A stretch of 64,000 nucleotides of DNA from Octopus sinensis. Taxonomy: Eukaryota. Every line of letters begins with the position of its first letter. Within the stretch, counting starts at the first letter, position 1. The position numbers and the translations under genes are program-made. The stretch is taken from NCBI RefSeq assembly GCF_006345805.1, contig NC_043010.1:37200001-37264000 (forward strand). The letters run 5' to 3'. The notes under the pieces are model-generated. The model saw nothing but the letters and a program-made list of their open reading frames with translations, was not told the origin of the DNA and searched no databases. Shown here piece by piece: positions 1 to 14,157 of this stretch.

Positions 1-3000
1 CAATGTGGATAAAAAAGGATTAATTTTGGCAGAATAATGCGAACACTAAAGGGTTAATTGTGGATTATCTTGTAGCTTCAAGATTTCAACAATGTATTTG
101 TTTATTTGTTTTTAGAATGACATTGTCACGTAGATGTAAGTGGCCAGATTTGGCCATTTTGAACATAAAACAGAATATTTGGGCCAGATATGGCCAGCTT
201 AAATGGTTAAGGGGTAAAACTATTGTTAGTTAAACCCAAGTCAAGTTAACTCTGATGGAACAGACATGATCAAACATGTTCCAGCTGTAATAACCAGTCT
301 TTTTGTTTTAACCAGGACTACATTGTACCAATGCATCTTTCCTATTGTGCTTTTTTTTTTTTTTTGTTATTTATATGATGGGTACAGTGTGATTTGTGAG
401 AAATTTAGTTATTATTTCCTGCTGGTCAAGCAACTCCATAGAAGCTCAATTCAGGTTGGTTCCCTCTTTGATTCAGGGAGCTGTTATTTGCAGTGTGGTT
501 AGAGGATATACAATGAACCAATGGGGGAAGTCTTGTTAGACAAAGGGCTCTTGGCTGCAAGCATAAACACAGACCTCGGCTAGCTGTTAATAACCAACCA
601 GGCCAGAAAATGAACCACTGATCCTACAGTTGGATTGGTTGTTGTCTGATAGATATTCTGTCCACTTAAACCATCCAATACCATTCCCACTTACTACACA
701 TAAAACAACAACAACAACAACAGTGGTAACAACAACAAGTAAACAGTATGAAAATAATCGATATTTCTCAATTTTATCATACTTTGCAAGAAATGTAGAA
801 CATTCTACAGAAGAATACTTGGCAGAAGAATCTGTATTTGGCAGTAGGTGGAGGGAGGGAATTGGAGGAGGAGGGTGGAAAGTCCAAGGACATTAATATG
901 ATTTATGTTTAAGCTCTTCCTTGTAACTCCAAATAAATTATTTTTCACTAATTCTTTGTTTTTTTTTTTTATTCTCTTTCGTTTCACGTATTTTTTTTTC
1001 TGGTCGGGGTTTCTTCACCCCCTCCCCCCACCATTCCTGCCACCTCACCCATGTTCTCGATCCCTTTATTAATATTTTATTTGTTGTTGTTGTTGTTGCT
1101 TCTGCTGCTGCTGCTGTTGTTGTGGTTGTTATTTTGTTTATTTTAGGTTTTAATTTTTATTTTATTTATTTTTTTCATCTCAAATATCCTCTGCCCACCA
1201 CTCATGGAAATTTTTTCTTTATTTTTTTCATCTTCTCTTTTCCTTTCCTGCTTTATTTATTTATTTATTCCTGTTGTTTGCGTCATCATTCATTATTTTA
1301 TTTTATTTTATTTTTATTTTATTTTAATTTCTTTTTTCCCCTATCTTTCCCATCCTCTCATGTTTCATCAACACTATCTCCTCATTTCCTCTTTCACCAT
1401 TGTCGTTGTCTTGTCTTCTCTTTACCTTCTTTATTTTTTTTTTTTTCAAAATTTCAAAAATTTTTTTTTCTTTCATCACCCCCATCCATTACCACCACAC
1501 TCCCCTTCATCTCTTTGCCTGTTGTTTCCCTTCCACACCCCCCACCAATCCATCTCTATCAGTGTCTTCTTGCTGTCCTAACCATTGTCAGTCATCTCAT
1601 TCCGTCCTTCTTATTACCTCACCTTTTTTTTTTTTCCCTTCGTTAGAGCCGTTCATTCTCATTTAAACCATTCCATCATCTCTTTTTCACTTTGTTATTT
1701 CAATCTCATCTGTTTTCCTTTTCTCCCCCCTCTCCCCATCATCATCTCTTTCCATTTTCTTTTCATCTATGTCTTGTCTTTTTTCTCTCTCTCTCTTTCT
1801 CTCGTTTCATCTACATTATCGTTATTCTTGTTTTTCTTTTGCTTATTTTTCCTAAATTTATGTTACTAGTACAGTTTATCTTTTTTTGTTTTTCATCTCT
1901 ATTAATCTTTTCCATTTTATTTATTTATTTCTCTTTTATTATCATATTCTGTCTTTTTATGTCATCTTGTTTCACCTAGCTTGCAATCTCATTTCACCCT
2001 GGCTTGTAATTGTTTTTATCTACATTGTCTTGTCATTTTTTTTGCCTATTTTGTCAAATCATGTTCTCTCTTTTATCATCTCCTTTTTGCCTTTCTTTTT
2101 TTTGTTTGTTTTATATTTATTTCCTTATCATTTATTTGCATCATCATCATCATCGTCTTTCTCTTTCCTTGTTTACAACTTAACTATCATCTCTTTCCTA
2201 TTGTTATCATTTTCTCTTCTTTGCTTTCATCTCACATCCTCTTCTTTGACATCTCAGTTTTCTCTTTGTTGTCATTCTATTCCATCTCCATCATCATCAT
2301 TATTTACCATCCATTTTTCTATGCCAGCACAGCTCAGACAGTACATGTTGAGGAAGATTTTCTATAACTGGATGCCCTTCTTGTCACCAACCCTCACCTT
2401 TTCCCAAGCAAGGTTAATATATCACATAGCCAAACATGTTTTCCATGGAAGACTAAAAACAAACTCATTGGTGTAATGGTGATGCTCCTTTAAAACCATG
2501 CACACACACGCACACATCTATACACATACAACAGGCTTTCAGTTTCTGCTTGCCAAATTCACTCAAGTCTTTGGTTCACCTGAAGCTATAGTAGAAGACA
2601 CTTGCCCCAAGGTGACATGCAGTGGAATTGAACCTTAGACCACATAGCCAAACCTACACCTAAAATTGTCTTATTAGTTTGTTGTTGTGTCAACAAGACA
2701 GTTTTTTTCACACATCTCTTTCTTTCATATCTCAGACTGAATCAGCTAAAGAACCTGTGTGTGGTTGTGCCACCTGCTAGAAATAGTAACCAAATTTCTT
2801 TCTTCATAAAGTAAAGACTCATTGCATAATGTAGTTCTTTATATATATACACCTGGGTATAAAAAAGAAAAGAAAATGGATGCTTTGTTGCTGCTGAAAT
2901 GATTTGTGGGGTTAAGAAGTTTGCTTCCCACCTACATAGTTTTAGATTCAGGCCCCTTGGATGGCATCTTGAACAGGTGTCTTCTACTATTAATCTCAGA

Positions 3001-3063
3001 CCAACCAAAGCCTTGTGAGTGGATCTGGTAAATGGAAATACAAAGAAGTTAGCCATATATACA

Positions 3064-3360
3064 TATCATCATCATCGTTTAATGTCCGCTTTCCATGCTA
3101 GCATGGGTTGGACGGTTCAACTGGGGTCTGGGATGCCAGAAGGCTGCACCAGGCCCAGTCTGATCTGGCAATGTTTCTACGGCTGGATGCCCTTCCTAAC
3201 GCCAACCACTCCGTGAGTGTAGTGGGTGCTTTTTACGTGCTAGATGAGGCTGGCAAACGGCCACAATCGGATGGTGCTTTTTACGTGCCACCAGCAAGGT
3301 TGGCAATGGTCACGAACGGATGGTGCTTTTTACGTGCCACCGGTACAAGGCCAGTCGGGG
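3064..3360 (-). mobile_element. RTE-LINE 3' tail-derived short repeat ((CAT)n end, ggatgcccttcc motif), with internal triplication of ggtgctttttacgtgc
   Basis: Same sequence recurs at about 7905-8085, 10250-10495, 13080-13285, 15100-15487, 15960-16145, 18085-18330, 26359-26549 and 53330-53690. It is physically linked to RTE coding remnants at 9955-10082 and 33608-33816. Confidence 0.75.
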
Positions 3361-4302
3361 CGGCGCAGGACACAAAGAACACATCTAACGGAAACCAACA
3401 AAACACAACATGCAGAAAAATAAACGATAGAATGACAAACAGCAAACAGGACAAAAACAAGATACACGGACTGTTGGCAGCCAGTTTCTTCATCTGCTGG
3501 AGTCCGGAAAGTCCTTGTAGTTTCGCACCCCATATAAAACAAAACAGGAAGTAGAAAAAATTGTTGGTATTATTTATTCACCAACTCTTTTGTTTTGTTA
3601 TAACTCTGCAATCAATATTTCCAGAATTTTCAACTCTAATATGTACCTCACATCAGTACAACAACTCCATACTAGATTGTAATACTGGGATTAGCAGATG
3701 TACTTCAAGAGGATACAGCTTGGATCTTTCCCTACCTGCAAAACATCACTACACACACACACACACACACATATAGTGTGTGTTTGTGTCTCCTTATCGT
3801 GACATCCCATGATAGTTGTAAATAAATGTGTCTGTCATGACAAATGAATTGGTGTCAGTCATTTTCAGTCTTCTGTGGAAACCTGTCTGGTCTTGGGGAG
3901 ATACGACCTTGCTTGGAAACAGGCGAGGGTTGGTGACAGGGAGAGCACCAGTCTGTAGAAAATCTCACTGAACTCCACCCAATCCATGCAACCACTAACC
4001 ACAGAAAAATGGACATTAGAATGATGATTCTTGGATCAGGGCTGACCATGGACTTGAGAACAATAACAATCTTTGACATCACCATATTCCTTTTATTTCA
4101 AGATTACTGTTTCCAATTTTACCAATTTTCCCCACCTTTCCATCCTCCTAGACATCCCCTCTCCTTCATAGTTATATTTGCATTTATCGTTTTTCTTTTC
4201 TTTTTTTTTTTTCCTCACATTCAATGCCAAACTATTGCCAAATTTACATGTTTGTGAAGAATATTCTACTCTCCTGAAAAAGGATTATTCTCTCTCTCTC
4301 TT

Positions 4303-4333
<31 letters not shown>

Positions 4334-5574
4334 GTTTCTACCACTCTGCAACTCCCTACTAATGTCATCACCCCTCCTCTCCTCACTACAGCCACCACCA
4401 CCACCGCACTGTACACAAGATACAGCAACAACATTCTTTAGTTTCCATGGAATGATAAAGTAGATTCCCAGTTACTTCCTGTCAGATAATTAAACTGGAT
4501 GTTGCAAAACCTCATCTCCACCCATTCCACACCATGCCATGCCAGCCACACCACCGCCACAACACTCACCACTACTGCCATCACTACTACTGCTGCAGTG
4601 GCCTCCACCACCATTAGCATTATATTCATCAATCTTGACCACTACCTGCCACCACTACCACCTAAAACAACAACTACAACAACAACAACAACAACCAATA
4701 TTGACTACCACCAACACTAATATCACTAGTACAACCATCATCACCATCATTGCTTTTACTACCACCACCACCACCACCACCACCACCACCATCCACTAAT
4801 AATACCACCTTCATAACTACTACTTCCTCTACTACTCCCATCTTCAACACCACAGCAATCATCATCATCATCGTCGTCCTCATCATCACAGTTTGTCTCT
4901 GCTGCTTTGTTGAAATATTGTATACAACTAGGTTAACTGCTTTCCTTTCCTTCTTTGTGCCCACATTAGAAATCATCATCATCATCACCATCATTCTTGC
5001 CTTACATAGCAGCAGCAGCAGCATCTTTATCACTTTAATCTTCATCAGCATTATCATCATCTTGATTATCATTATCCTCATCACTGGGTAATGAGCATTT
5101 CTGTCACTAGCAAACTCCTGATATCATCATCATCACCATGCTCATCACCAAGTTCCCCATCTTCACCAGACTCACCATTATCATCACCATCATCACTATT
5201 ATCATCATCATCACCTTAACAATCAATAGATATCGACACCACCAATACCACCAACACCACTATGACCACCCTGTCATCACTTTCAACAACCTCCTTACCA
5301 TCATCATCATCATCACCATCATCGTTACTACTTCTCAGAAGCTGGGCAAGGAGAGGATTGATGTTTGGGTGGAGAGCGGCTACTGCAATGCTACCAAACA
5401 TAGCTTCTCTTCCTTCAAGACTCAGCCATAAAGTCAGATGCTACCACTTTGAAAGCTAATCCAATCTGACAGGTTTTCATGTCTTCCTTAGAACTTTGAG
5501 TTTTTTGGGGGTTCCTTTTAGAGAGAGTTAAAGAGAGAGAGAAGTAGAGAGGTTTTTTTTTTTATTTCCATCAT

Positions 5575-5884
5575 ATTATTATTATTATTATTCAGGTCAC
5601 TGCCTGGAATCAGGCATATGGTGTAGTGGTTAAGATCATGGGCTACCAACCCCAAGATTCCAAGTTCGATTCCAGGCAGTGATCTGAATAATAATAATAA
5701 TAATAATAATAACATCGAAAAATACCTTAGGAATGAGAACCCAGGTTCGAGATTTCCCCAAGACACCCGATGAAGGCTGGAGGGTGTATCAGCCGAAACG
5801 TTTTAACAACAAACAAGATGTGGACAAATATCAGTCAAATGGAAATAATGTAAATAATTCCTTATCTCTTAAATATCGAACAGT
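5575..5884 (+). mobile_element. tRNA-headed, hammerhead-core-bearing retroelement (copy A) with truncated inverted 5' arm
   Basis: A-box-like tggtgtagtgg; B-box gttcgattcc at 5664-5673; (AAT)n; core ccgatga 5767-5773, helix II ggctg/cagcc, gaaa 5795-5798. Stub 5592-5611 is the reverse complement of 5668-5687. Homologous to both arms of 54615-55307. Confidence 0.75.
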
Positions 5885-6879
5885 GTGTGTTGTTATAGTT
5901 TAGTCCCAGGTCAGCTATGATCAGAGCAATTCTGTGGTCAAAGGCATTCCACTAATGACCATTACAACTCAGTTTTCTTTTCAAAAGTACAGTAGGTGCA
6001 GGTATGGCTGTGTGGTAAGAAGCTTGCTTCCCAACCACATGGTTCTGAGTTCAGTCCCACTGCATGGCACCTTGGACAAGTGTCTTCTATTGTAGCCTCA
6101 GGTCAACCACCACCTTGTGAGTGAATTTGGTAAACGGAAACTGAAAGAAGCCTGTTGTAGAAGTGTATGTGTGTATATATACATGTGTGTGTGTGTGTGT
6201 GTTTGTCCCCCACCACCACTTGACAACTGTTGTTGATGTGTTTACGTTCCTGTAACTTAGCAGTTCAGCAAAAGAAATCGATAGAATATGCACCAGGATT
6301 TAAAAAGCAAATAAGGACTACGGTCAATTCATTCCACTAAAATTTCTTCCAGGTGGTGCCCCAGCATGGCCACAGTCTAATGACTACAACAAGTAAAAGA
6401 TATCCGATGCGTACCAAGTCCCTGGTCAGCTGTGGTCAAACGGTGGGGTGGGTGGGTGACACACACTCATACACATAATGCCATCCCTTCTCCCAGTTTC
6501 CATCTACCAAATTCACTCATTGGTCATCTTGGACATAAAGTAAAAGACATTTGCTCAAAGTGCCACCACACAGTGGGACTGAACCTGGGATCACATGGCT
6601 GCAGAGTGAATCTTCTTAATCACGCAGCCATGCCTGCACACACACACACACACACACACATAAAGCATTATTAACTTCATATTGTATATTGTCCTTTAAT
6701 GTTTTCATTATCTTTATTGATTTTATTGGGGTGGAAAATGGTGTTTGATGTTTTTTTCTTTTTGTTTCAATGTTTGTTAACATTTTTTTGTTCTTTTTTC
6801 CTTTCTGTTACCACAAACTGGTACAAACCATATTTACTGGTAATAATGAATTGAATATCGTTCGTTAGGTAAATAGAAA

Positions 6880-7272
6880 ATTGATAGATAATTGATAAAT
6901 AGCTATGTAATTGATAGAGTAATTGATAGGTTGATAGATTAGATTTAGATTAGATTAGATTACAGATTATATTAGATTATAGATTAGATTATAGATTATA
7001 CACTAGATTAGATTTTGGATTAAATTCAGATTGTGGATTATATTGGATTATAGATAAGTTTACAGATTAAACTTGATTATAGATTATGGATTAGATTACA
7101 GATTAAATTGGATTATAGGTTATGGACTATATCAGTTTATAGATTAGATTAAATTATAAAGAGATTAAATTACAGATTAGATTAGGTTACAGATTAGATT
7201 ATAGATAGATTAGATTAGATTCCTCATTAGATTATAGATTAGATTACAGATTAGATTTGGATTAGATTAGCA
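6880..7272. repeat. Degenerate (TTAGA/ATTAG)n-type short-period satellite
   Basis: Directly visible run of gattagattatag variants over about 390 bp. Confidence 0.85.
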
Positions 7273-7516
7273 TGTTGTCTATCTTTAGGTTCTGAGTTCA
7301 AATTCTACCAGGATTAACTTTGTCTTTCATCTTTTCAGAGTAAATAAAATGTGTACCAGACTAGAGTCGATGCAACTGACGTACCCTCTCCCCTAAAATT
7401 TCTGGCCTTGGTGCCAAAATTTGAAACCCTTATTACTATTATTATTGTTGTTGTTGGTGGTGTTGTTGATATCAAGATTTTTATTGAGATTTGTTGTTTT
7501 CTTTGTTTCATTTCAG

Positions 7517-7702
7517 GTTCCTTATGAACTGTTGAATAAAAAATTTCGTTCTGCTCAGAAAAACATCGACCGTGAGATTTCTCATCTACAAATTGTTGGT
7601 AATGACTTGGAGAAGTGCCTGCAGAAGAAGCCTGTCACCGTTGGAGAGGTTACAAAAGCCCTTGATTCAGTCGTCGAAAAACTGACCTTTCTTAAACGCA
7701 AG
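7517..7702 (+). CDS. MAEA: Internal coding exon (phase 0/0, 62 codons) of macrophage erythroblast attacher (MAEA/EMP; yeast Fyv10/Gid9 homologue), CTLH E3 ligase subunit
   Basis: Translation [62 protein letters not shown] aligns from memory with human MAEA [24 protein letters not shown]...LDGVVEKLSVLKRK. Polypyrimidine tract plus tttcag acceptor ends at 7516; donor aag|gtaagt starts at 7703; exon length is 186 nt. Confidence 0.92.
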
Positions 7703-9744
7703 GTAAGTGAGGGACAAAAGAAGCAGTTATCTCATTTTAATCTCGACTAGACTACAGAGTCTTATTTTCTTGGCTTGAAATATTCTAAAAGGATACTTAC
7801 ATACTTCGCTTACTCTTCCATCTTGTTGGTTCGACCTTCATATATATTTTATTTGTAATTTGGTTGTTTGATCTGACCCTTTGCTTTTCATGCTTTCATA
7901 TAAATATATGTTTTAAAGTTGCAGTCATGGCAGATACTGGTGTCACACAAATGGCACCCATGCCGGTGGTACATACAAGCACCCAAATCAGACTGGAGTC
8001 TGGTGCAGCCTTCCAGCTTGTCAGCCCTGGTCAGACTGTCCAACTCATGCCAGCATGGACATTAGATGATGATGATGATGATGTGCGTGTGTATGTTTGG
8101 TCCCCATCACTGCTCAGTAACTGCTGTTGGTTTGCTTATGTCCCTGTAACTTAGCTGTTTCACAAGAAGAGATTGATAGAATAGCTACCAGACTTTAAAA
8201 GAAAACAAAGTAATGGGGTTGATCTGTTTAACTAAAATCTTTTGAAGCAGACTCCCCACCACCACCACCACCACATGACCACATTCCAGTAACAAAAACA
8301 ATTAAAAGATGAAAGATAAAGATGTATATTTCTGAAACTCCTGAATAAATCACACATAATTGAAAAACTCAGAGTAGCAATGGAGTTCATTCAGTATATA
8401 GGAATGTATATATAAACAGGTATGTAGGCAGGTGTATATAATAAGAAGCAGTTTCTACCAGCTACCTGAAGTAAACTTTTCACCTAGTCAATCACTGTAC
8501 ACAATCAGGGTAGTAACCAAATCTCAACTAATAGCTGAATGCCATTGAAGAGGGAGACCCCATGTTGTTTGTAAGTCCTAAATATTAGATACAACATTGC
8601 CAGCATTCAAGGCAGCCAGTTTGTGACTAAGATAGTTAATCTGTATTCTTTGTTAGAACAACAGCAGACTTCATGCAATATATTTTCTCAAGAGCTTACT
8701 CAGCAGTGTCCAGGGCTGATCAAACAATTGCAAGCTTACAAGCCTATATATGGTTAGGGGGGATCGTTTTTAATGGCTAAAGTAGAAATGAGAAACTATG
8801 TATACATATATACATTTACATGTGTTTGTGTGTGTGAGATCAAATATGAAGATAGCACAAGGAAGGTTTAATGCAATATAACTTTGTGTGAGAATGCAAA
8901 TGATGCTAGTCCCTGACATTCTCATAAAAGAAAGGGTGCCAGAGCAGAGAGCGAGATAGAGACATTCACTACATATCATGGACATCATCAGCCATGAATG
9001 CTATTACCAACAACACCTCTGCTATCATCGTTAGCACCATCCCTACCAGTGCCACCACCATACATGCCAGAAAGATTCTGAAAAGGAAAAAAAAAAAAAA
9101 TTAAAAGGAGAGACAAGATGGCCTTTGACCATATAAGTCTGTTCAATGAAGGCTGATCTGGAGCTTGGGAAACACCATGGTGTTTATTGTTTATTACACT
9201 GCAGTCTCTATGCAATAAATTGCCACATGGCAATGTGAGTGTGTTTGAAAGAGAGAGAAGGACAGAGAGAGAGAAAGAGAGGCTTGGTGCTGGACCAGGC
9301 TGAATGCTTAGAAATGGTTCTGTGTGTTAGAGATTTCTTTTGAGCAATGGAAGAAACATTTGATCATGGCGAGGTGGAGAATTTCATTGTGGTCGTAGCT
9401 AGTGTACAGCTAACCCCCAACCTTGACTCTAACACAACATTTGCAACAGCAACAACACATCATAGTATGAATATATAAAAAGAATAACATATATTGTGCA
9501 TGTGTGTGTGTGTGTATGTAGATGTGTATATGTATGTATGTATGTAGCTGTATATATATTTATGTATGCATATATGTATGCATACATATGTATGTATATG
9601 TATGTATGTAGTTGTATATATATTTATGTATGTATGTATAGATATGCGTGTATACATATATATTTATATGTATGTATACATATATGTATATTTGTATATA
9701 TATATATTTATTTATATAAATATATTTATATACATATATATTAT

Positions 9745-10082
9745 CATCATCATCTTTGTCATCATTTAGCGTCTGCTTTCCATGCTAGAACTAGAACTGG
9801 TAAACCAGAGAGCTGCACCAAGATCCAGTCTGAATAGGCATGGTTTCTATGGCTGAATACCCTTCCTAACGCCAACTGCTCCAAGAGTGCTCTTTACATG
9901 CCACTGGCACAAGTGCCAGTTACATGACACTTGCATAAGTCACATCTTATAATTTCACTTGGCTTGGCTCAGTATATCGCCTAAGGTCTTGTTCACTTGC
10001 CATTAGGCCTAACTTTCAAAGCTCATGCTTCACTACCTCATCCCATGTGTTCCTGGGTCTACCTCTTCCACAGGTTCCCTTG
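9745..10082 (-). mobile_element. 5'-truncated RTE-clade LINE 3' end (degenerate)
   Basis: Reverse strand 10082-9955 translates KGTCGRGRPRNTWDEVVKHEL*KLGL..., the RGRPRKTW C-terminal motif of RTE reverse transcriptases. It is followed by the shared 3' tail ending in (GAT)n. Confidence 0.75.
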
Positions 10083-10737
10083 GCAATTATAACTCACACA
10101 CACACATACACACACACATATAGATAAATAGATAGATAAATCAAAGGTAGGACAGAAAGAACACAAGCAGAAATCAAGTGTGTGTGTGTGTGTATCCAAC
10201 TCATCCCAGCATGGAAGGTGGATATTAAATGATGATGATGACGTATATCATCATCATTGTTGTTTAACATCCATTTTCCATGCTGGCATGAGTTAAGTGG
10301 TTTGACTGAGTTCTGGAAAGCCAGCAACTGCACCAGGCACCAATCTGATCTGGCTATGTTTCTACAGCTAGTTGCCCTTCCTAATACCAACCACTCCAAG
10401 CTACTCGCACAGGAGCCAGTCAGGAGGCACTGGCATCAATCACGTTTGGATGGTGCTTTTTACGTGCCACCAGCACAGAAGCCAATCAGGCAACCTGGTA
10501 TAAACAACAACTTCGGCGGAATTTGAACCCAGAACTTAAACATGAACGAAACGTCACAAAGAATTTCGCCTGGCGTGCTAACAATTCTGCCAGCTCATAT
10601 ACATGAACGTATGTAAGCATATACATACATGTATGATGATGATGTGATGTCAAAACAAAGGTTACAATAACATACACAAATAAATGTACACGCACACACT
10701 CACATGCACACAGACACACACTGATGCACACATATGC

Positions 10738-10799
<62 letters not shown>

Positions 10800-11973
10800 C
10801 AACTTCTTTTAGTTTTTGTCTACCAAATCCACTCACAAGGCTTTTTTAGTTGGCCCAAATTTATAGAAGACACTTGCCCATAGTACCGCACAGTGGGACT
10901 GAACCTGAATCCATGTAGTTGAGAAGCAAACTTCTTAACCACACAGCCATGCCGGCACCTAAATAGATATGAAATTTTTGTTTCGATGGAGGGTTTTAAT
11001 TTAGATCTCTTTAAAAGAGGAAATTTGTGCCATAGAGCCAGCTGGTCTGAGGCCGGCTGGTATTGAAAAGGGTTAAAGATGTCCGTATACCAATAATAGG
11101 AGTAACTGATGCATACTTTCATCTTCTGAAAGAATTTAATAAAAGTGTTTCATTAATGGATGAGATGATCTTATTTTACTCACCAATGCTACAACAAGTA
11201 AGACAGATAAATACGCTAATTATATTAAACATTGATGTCTACATCAGCAAATTAGACAATGACTGCACATACAAAAGACAAATTAATGAATTATCCAATA
11301 TCACTGTTTTTCTACTATATTATGTATGTCTTTATGGCTTTTATCTTTTTTTTTGTTTTCATCTTGTTTTATCGTTTATTTGTTTTTGTGGTTGGACTGT
11401 GGTCATGCTGGGGCATTGCCTTGAAGGTTTTTAATCGAACAATTCAACCCCGGGATTTGTTTTTAAGTTAGGTACTTATTCTAATGGTCTCTTTTGTTGA
11501 ACCACGAAGTTATAAAGACGTAAATTAACCAACGTTGGTTGTCAAGCTGTCGTAGGGGACAGACACAAAGGTGTGCACACTTGTGCATGTAAACACACAC
11601 GTGTGCGCACACGCACACACACATGTATGTATATGAGATGCTTTTAGTTTCCATCCCCAAAATCTACTCACAAGGCTTTGGTCAACCTGGGTGTATTCTC
11701 TTGTATTCTTTTACTTGTTTCAGTCATTTGACTGTGGCCATGCTGGAGCACCACCTTTAATTAAGCAAATTGACACCAGGACTTATTCCTTGTAAGCCTA
11801 GTACTTATTCTATCGGGGTCTCTTTTGCCAAACTGCTAAGTTACTGGAACGTCAACACACCAGCATCAGTTGTCAAGCGATGTTGGGGGGACAAACATAG
11901 ACACACAAACATATACACACACACACATACATACATATATATATATAATATATATATATAATATATATATAAT

Positions 11974-12019
<46 letters not shown>

Positions 12020-12892
12020 TATATACGATGGGCTTCTTTCATTTTCCATCTACCAAATCCACTCACAAAGCTTTGGTCGGCCCGAGGTTATAGTAGAAGA
12101 CACTTGCCCAAGGTGCCACATACTGGGACTGAACCTGGAACCATGTGGTTCATATAATAGAAGCCTTTAGCCAAGTGGTTCCCAAAGTGGGCAGTATTGC
12201 CCCCCCTCCCCTGAGGGTGGTGGAAAGTTCCAAGGGGGCAATAATGAGGTAGTGATTCATGTAAAAACAACAAAACAATGGGTTTATTAGGTTAAGTTTT
12301 ATTTGTGAAGTACAGTTGCTTTGAATTTGCTTCAGAAAGAGGTCTATGTTTGTGACACGGTTAGTTGGGGTGGGGGCGGTAGGAATGTGGCCTGGGTGTC
12401 AAGGGAGCAGCAGCAAGAAAAAGTCTAACCAAAAATTAATTTGAATTTTTTTTAGTTGTGCAGCCTGCCGCATGAAGAACCATGTCTCGTACAGTCCACT
12501 TCTCAAAAGAAAAAGTTGCCCTTGCTTGTCCTAGACCTTATATTTAAATAGCAGCCACATCTCCCTGAAATCTCACTCGATTGTTTTATTTATGTTCTCC
12601 TGCAAACAACACACACACACACACACATATATATACACACATATATATCTGAGTTTGTTATAGGTTAGCCTACATGTAGAAATGTGACTTCATTTTGAAA
12701 TCCTCCCTGAGGAAATACCCACTTGACTGGTTTCAAATATGGGAATTTGAATTGAATTTCATTTCTGTAATTGTATTGATTGGGTGTGGAAACAGCTGTA
12801 GTTAGGAATTTCTCAGTATGAATTTGAATGTCTTTAAGTAAATAACATCTGTAAGTCAGTTTTATCTATTTTCTTCATTTTCTCATTCACAT

Positions 12893-12924
<32 letters not shown>

Positions 12925-14126
12925 GTTGCTTGTTTCTCCACCATACTTTGGCCTTTCAACACTTGGCATACAGCAACCTTCATCACCTTCTTCTCTCAAT
13001 TACTTCCCCTTGGTAGGGAGTTTTTTTCCACTTCCTTTTTCTTTGTTCTTTTCTGTCATGCCAATGATGAAGAAACCTCATGACTGCTAGTGGCACAAAA
13101 TATTTTTAAAAAACACTCAGTACACACTATGGAGTGGTTGGCATCAGGAAGGGCATGCAGTCATAGAAACAATGCCAAAGATTGTATTTGGAGCACAGTG
13201 TAGCCCTGTAGTTCACTGGTTCTTTGTCAAACCATTCTATTCATACTAACATGGAAAGTGGACATTAAATAATGATGATGGTGATATAAGTGATACAGTC
13301 TTCTTTGCTACTAAGATTTTACTCATTGCTTGGTTGACCATGAAGTCTATCAATTGTAGGCATTGCTTTCAAGTGTGGAATTTCTTCCCTAAATCTTTGA
13401 CCAATTTCTTTATGAAAACTAGGTCAGCAGTAAGCAAAAAGTTCCTCTTTATCACCAGCCTTTGCACTCCAGGCCTACTTTATCCAGTGAATTCCTTCCC
13501 ATTCCGAGTTTTAGCTGCTGTCTCTTGCTGACAAAACAACCACATAGAGGTTCCCCGCTGCAACTCCTTTCTTCCCTTTCCTTGTGCAATCGACAGTGAA
13601 CACAGTCGGTGGGGGGGGGGGAGAGTTAGAAGTGTGGTGGCAGGATTAAGGTTAGGTTTATGTTGTTACAGACTACAGAAATTGATTTATCATCTTTATT
13701 GTGTTGTGTCCGTGAATGCGTGTACCGTCTTTGACACCTTCATCGCTGGCACCGCCATCAGCACAACCATCAGCAGTACAAAACACTGTCACTTATACTA
13801 GCATCATCATCATCACCGTCATCGTCATCAATTACATTATCGTTATTGATGTCATTTGTTGTTGTTGTCGTCGTCGTCGGTGTAGTTTGATGAAGACATT
13901 AAAGTTAATCGCTGTATTTTGAAGATTCCTGAAATCATAATATTCTGTTGTATTTGTTCTCTTTATGTGTGTACGTATGTGTGTGTCTGTGTGCACATAT
14001 TTTAGGCGTGAGTGTGTGTGTGTGTGTGTGTATGTACATATATTTATAGGTGTGTACATATATACATGTGTGTGTGTGTATATAACTATAAAAGTATATA
14101 TCTATATTTGTATATGTATATCTATG

Positions 14127-14157
<31 letters not shown>

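Noticed and set aside
1122-2476. Overlapping ORFs of 90-196 aa rich in F/L/S/I
   Set aside because: Product of a T/C-rich low-complexity tract; open in several frames at once, with no recognisable domain.
4438-5459. Poly-T/poly-H/poly-I/poly-P ORFs on both strands
   Set aside because: Mosaic of (CAC)n, (CAT)n and (CAA)n trinucleotide repeats; no splice or homology support.
6880-7272. Possible interstitial telomeric repeat
   Set aside because: Unit is TTAGA-like, not TTAGGG (or TTAGG).
11063-11434. 123-aa ORF with a caa|gtaaga donor-like site
   Set aside because: Begins in a MITE end and runs into a SINE tail; no similarity to MAEA or any protein I recognise.
12172-12430. Possible hAT MITE starting caagtggttcccaaagtggg
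   Set aside because: No convincing right terminus or 8-bp TSD found.
13334-13560. Non-repetitive, coding-looking stretch
   Set aside because: Stops in all minus-strand frames I translated; no identifiable motif.
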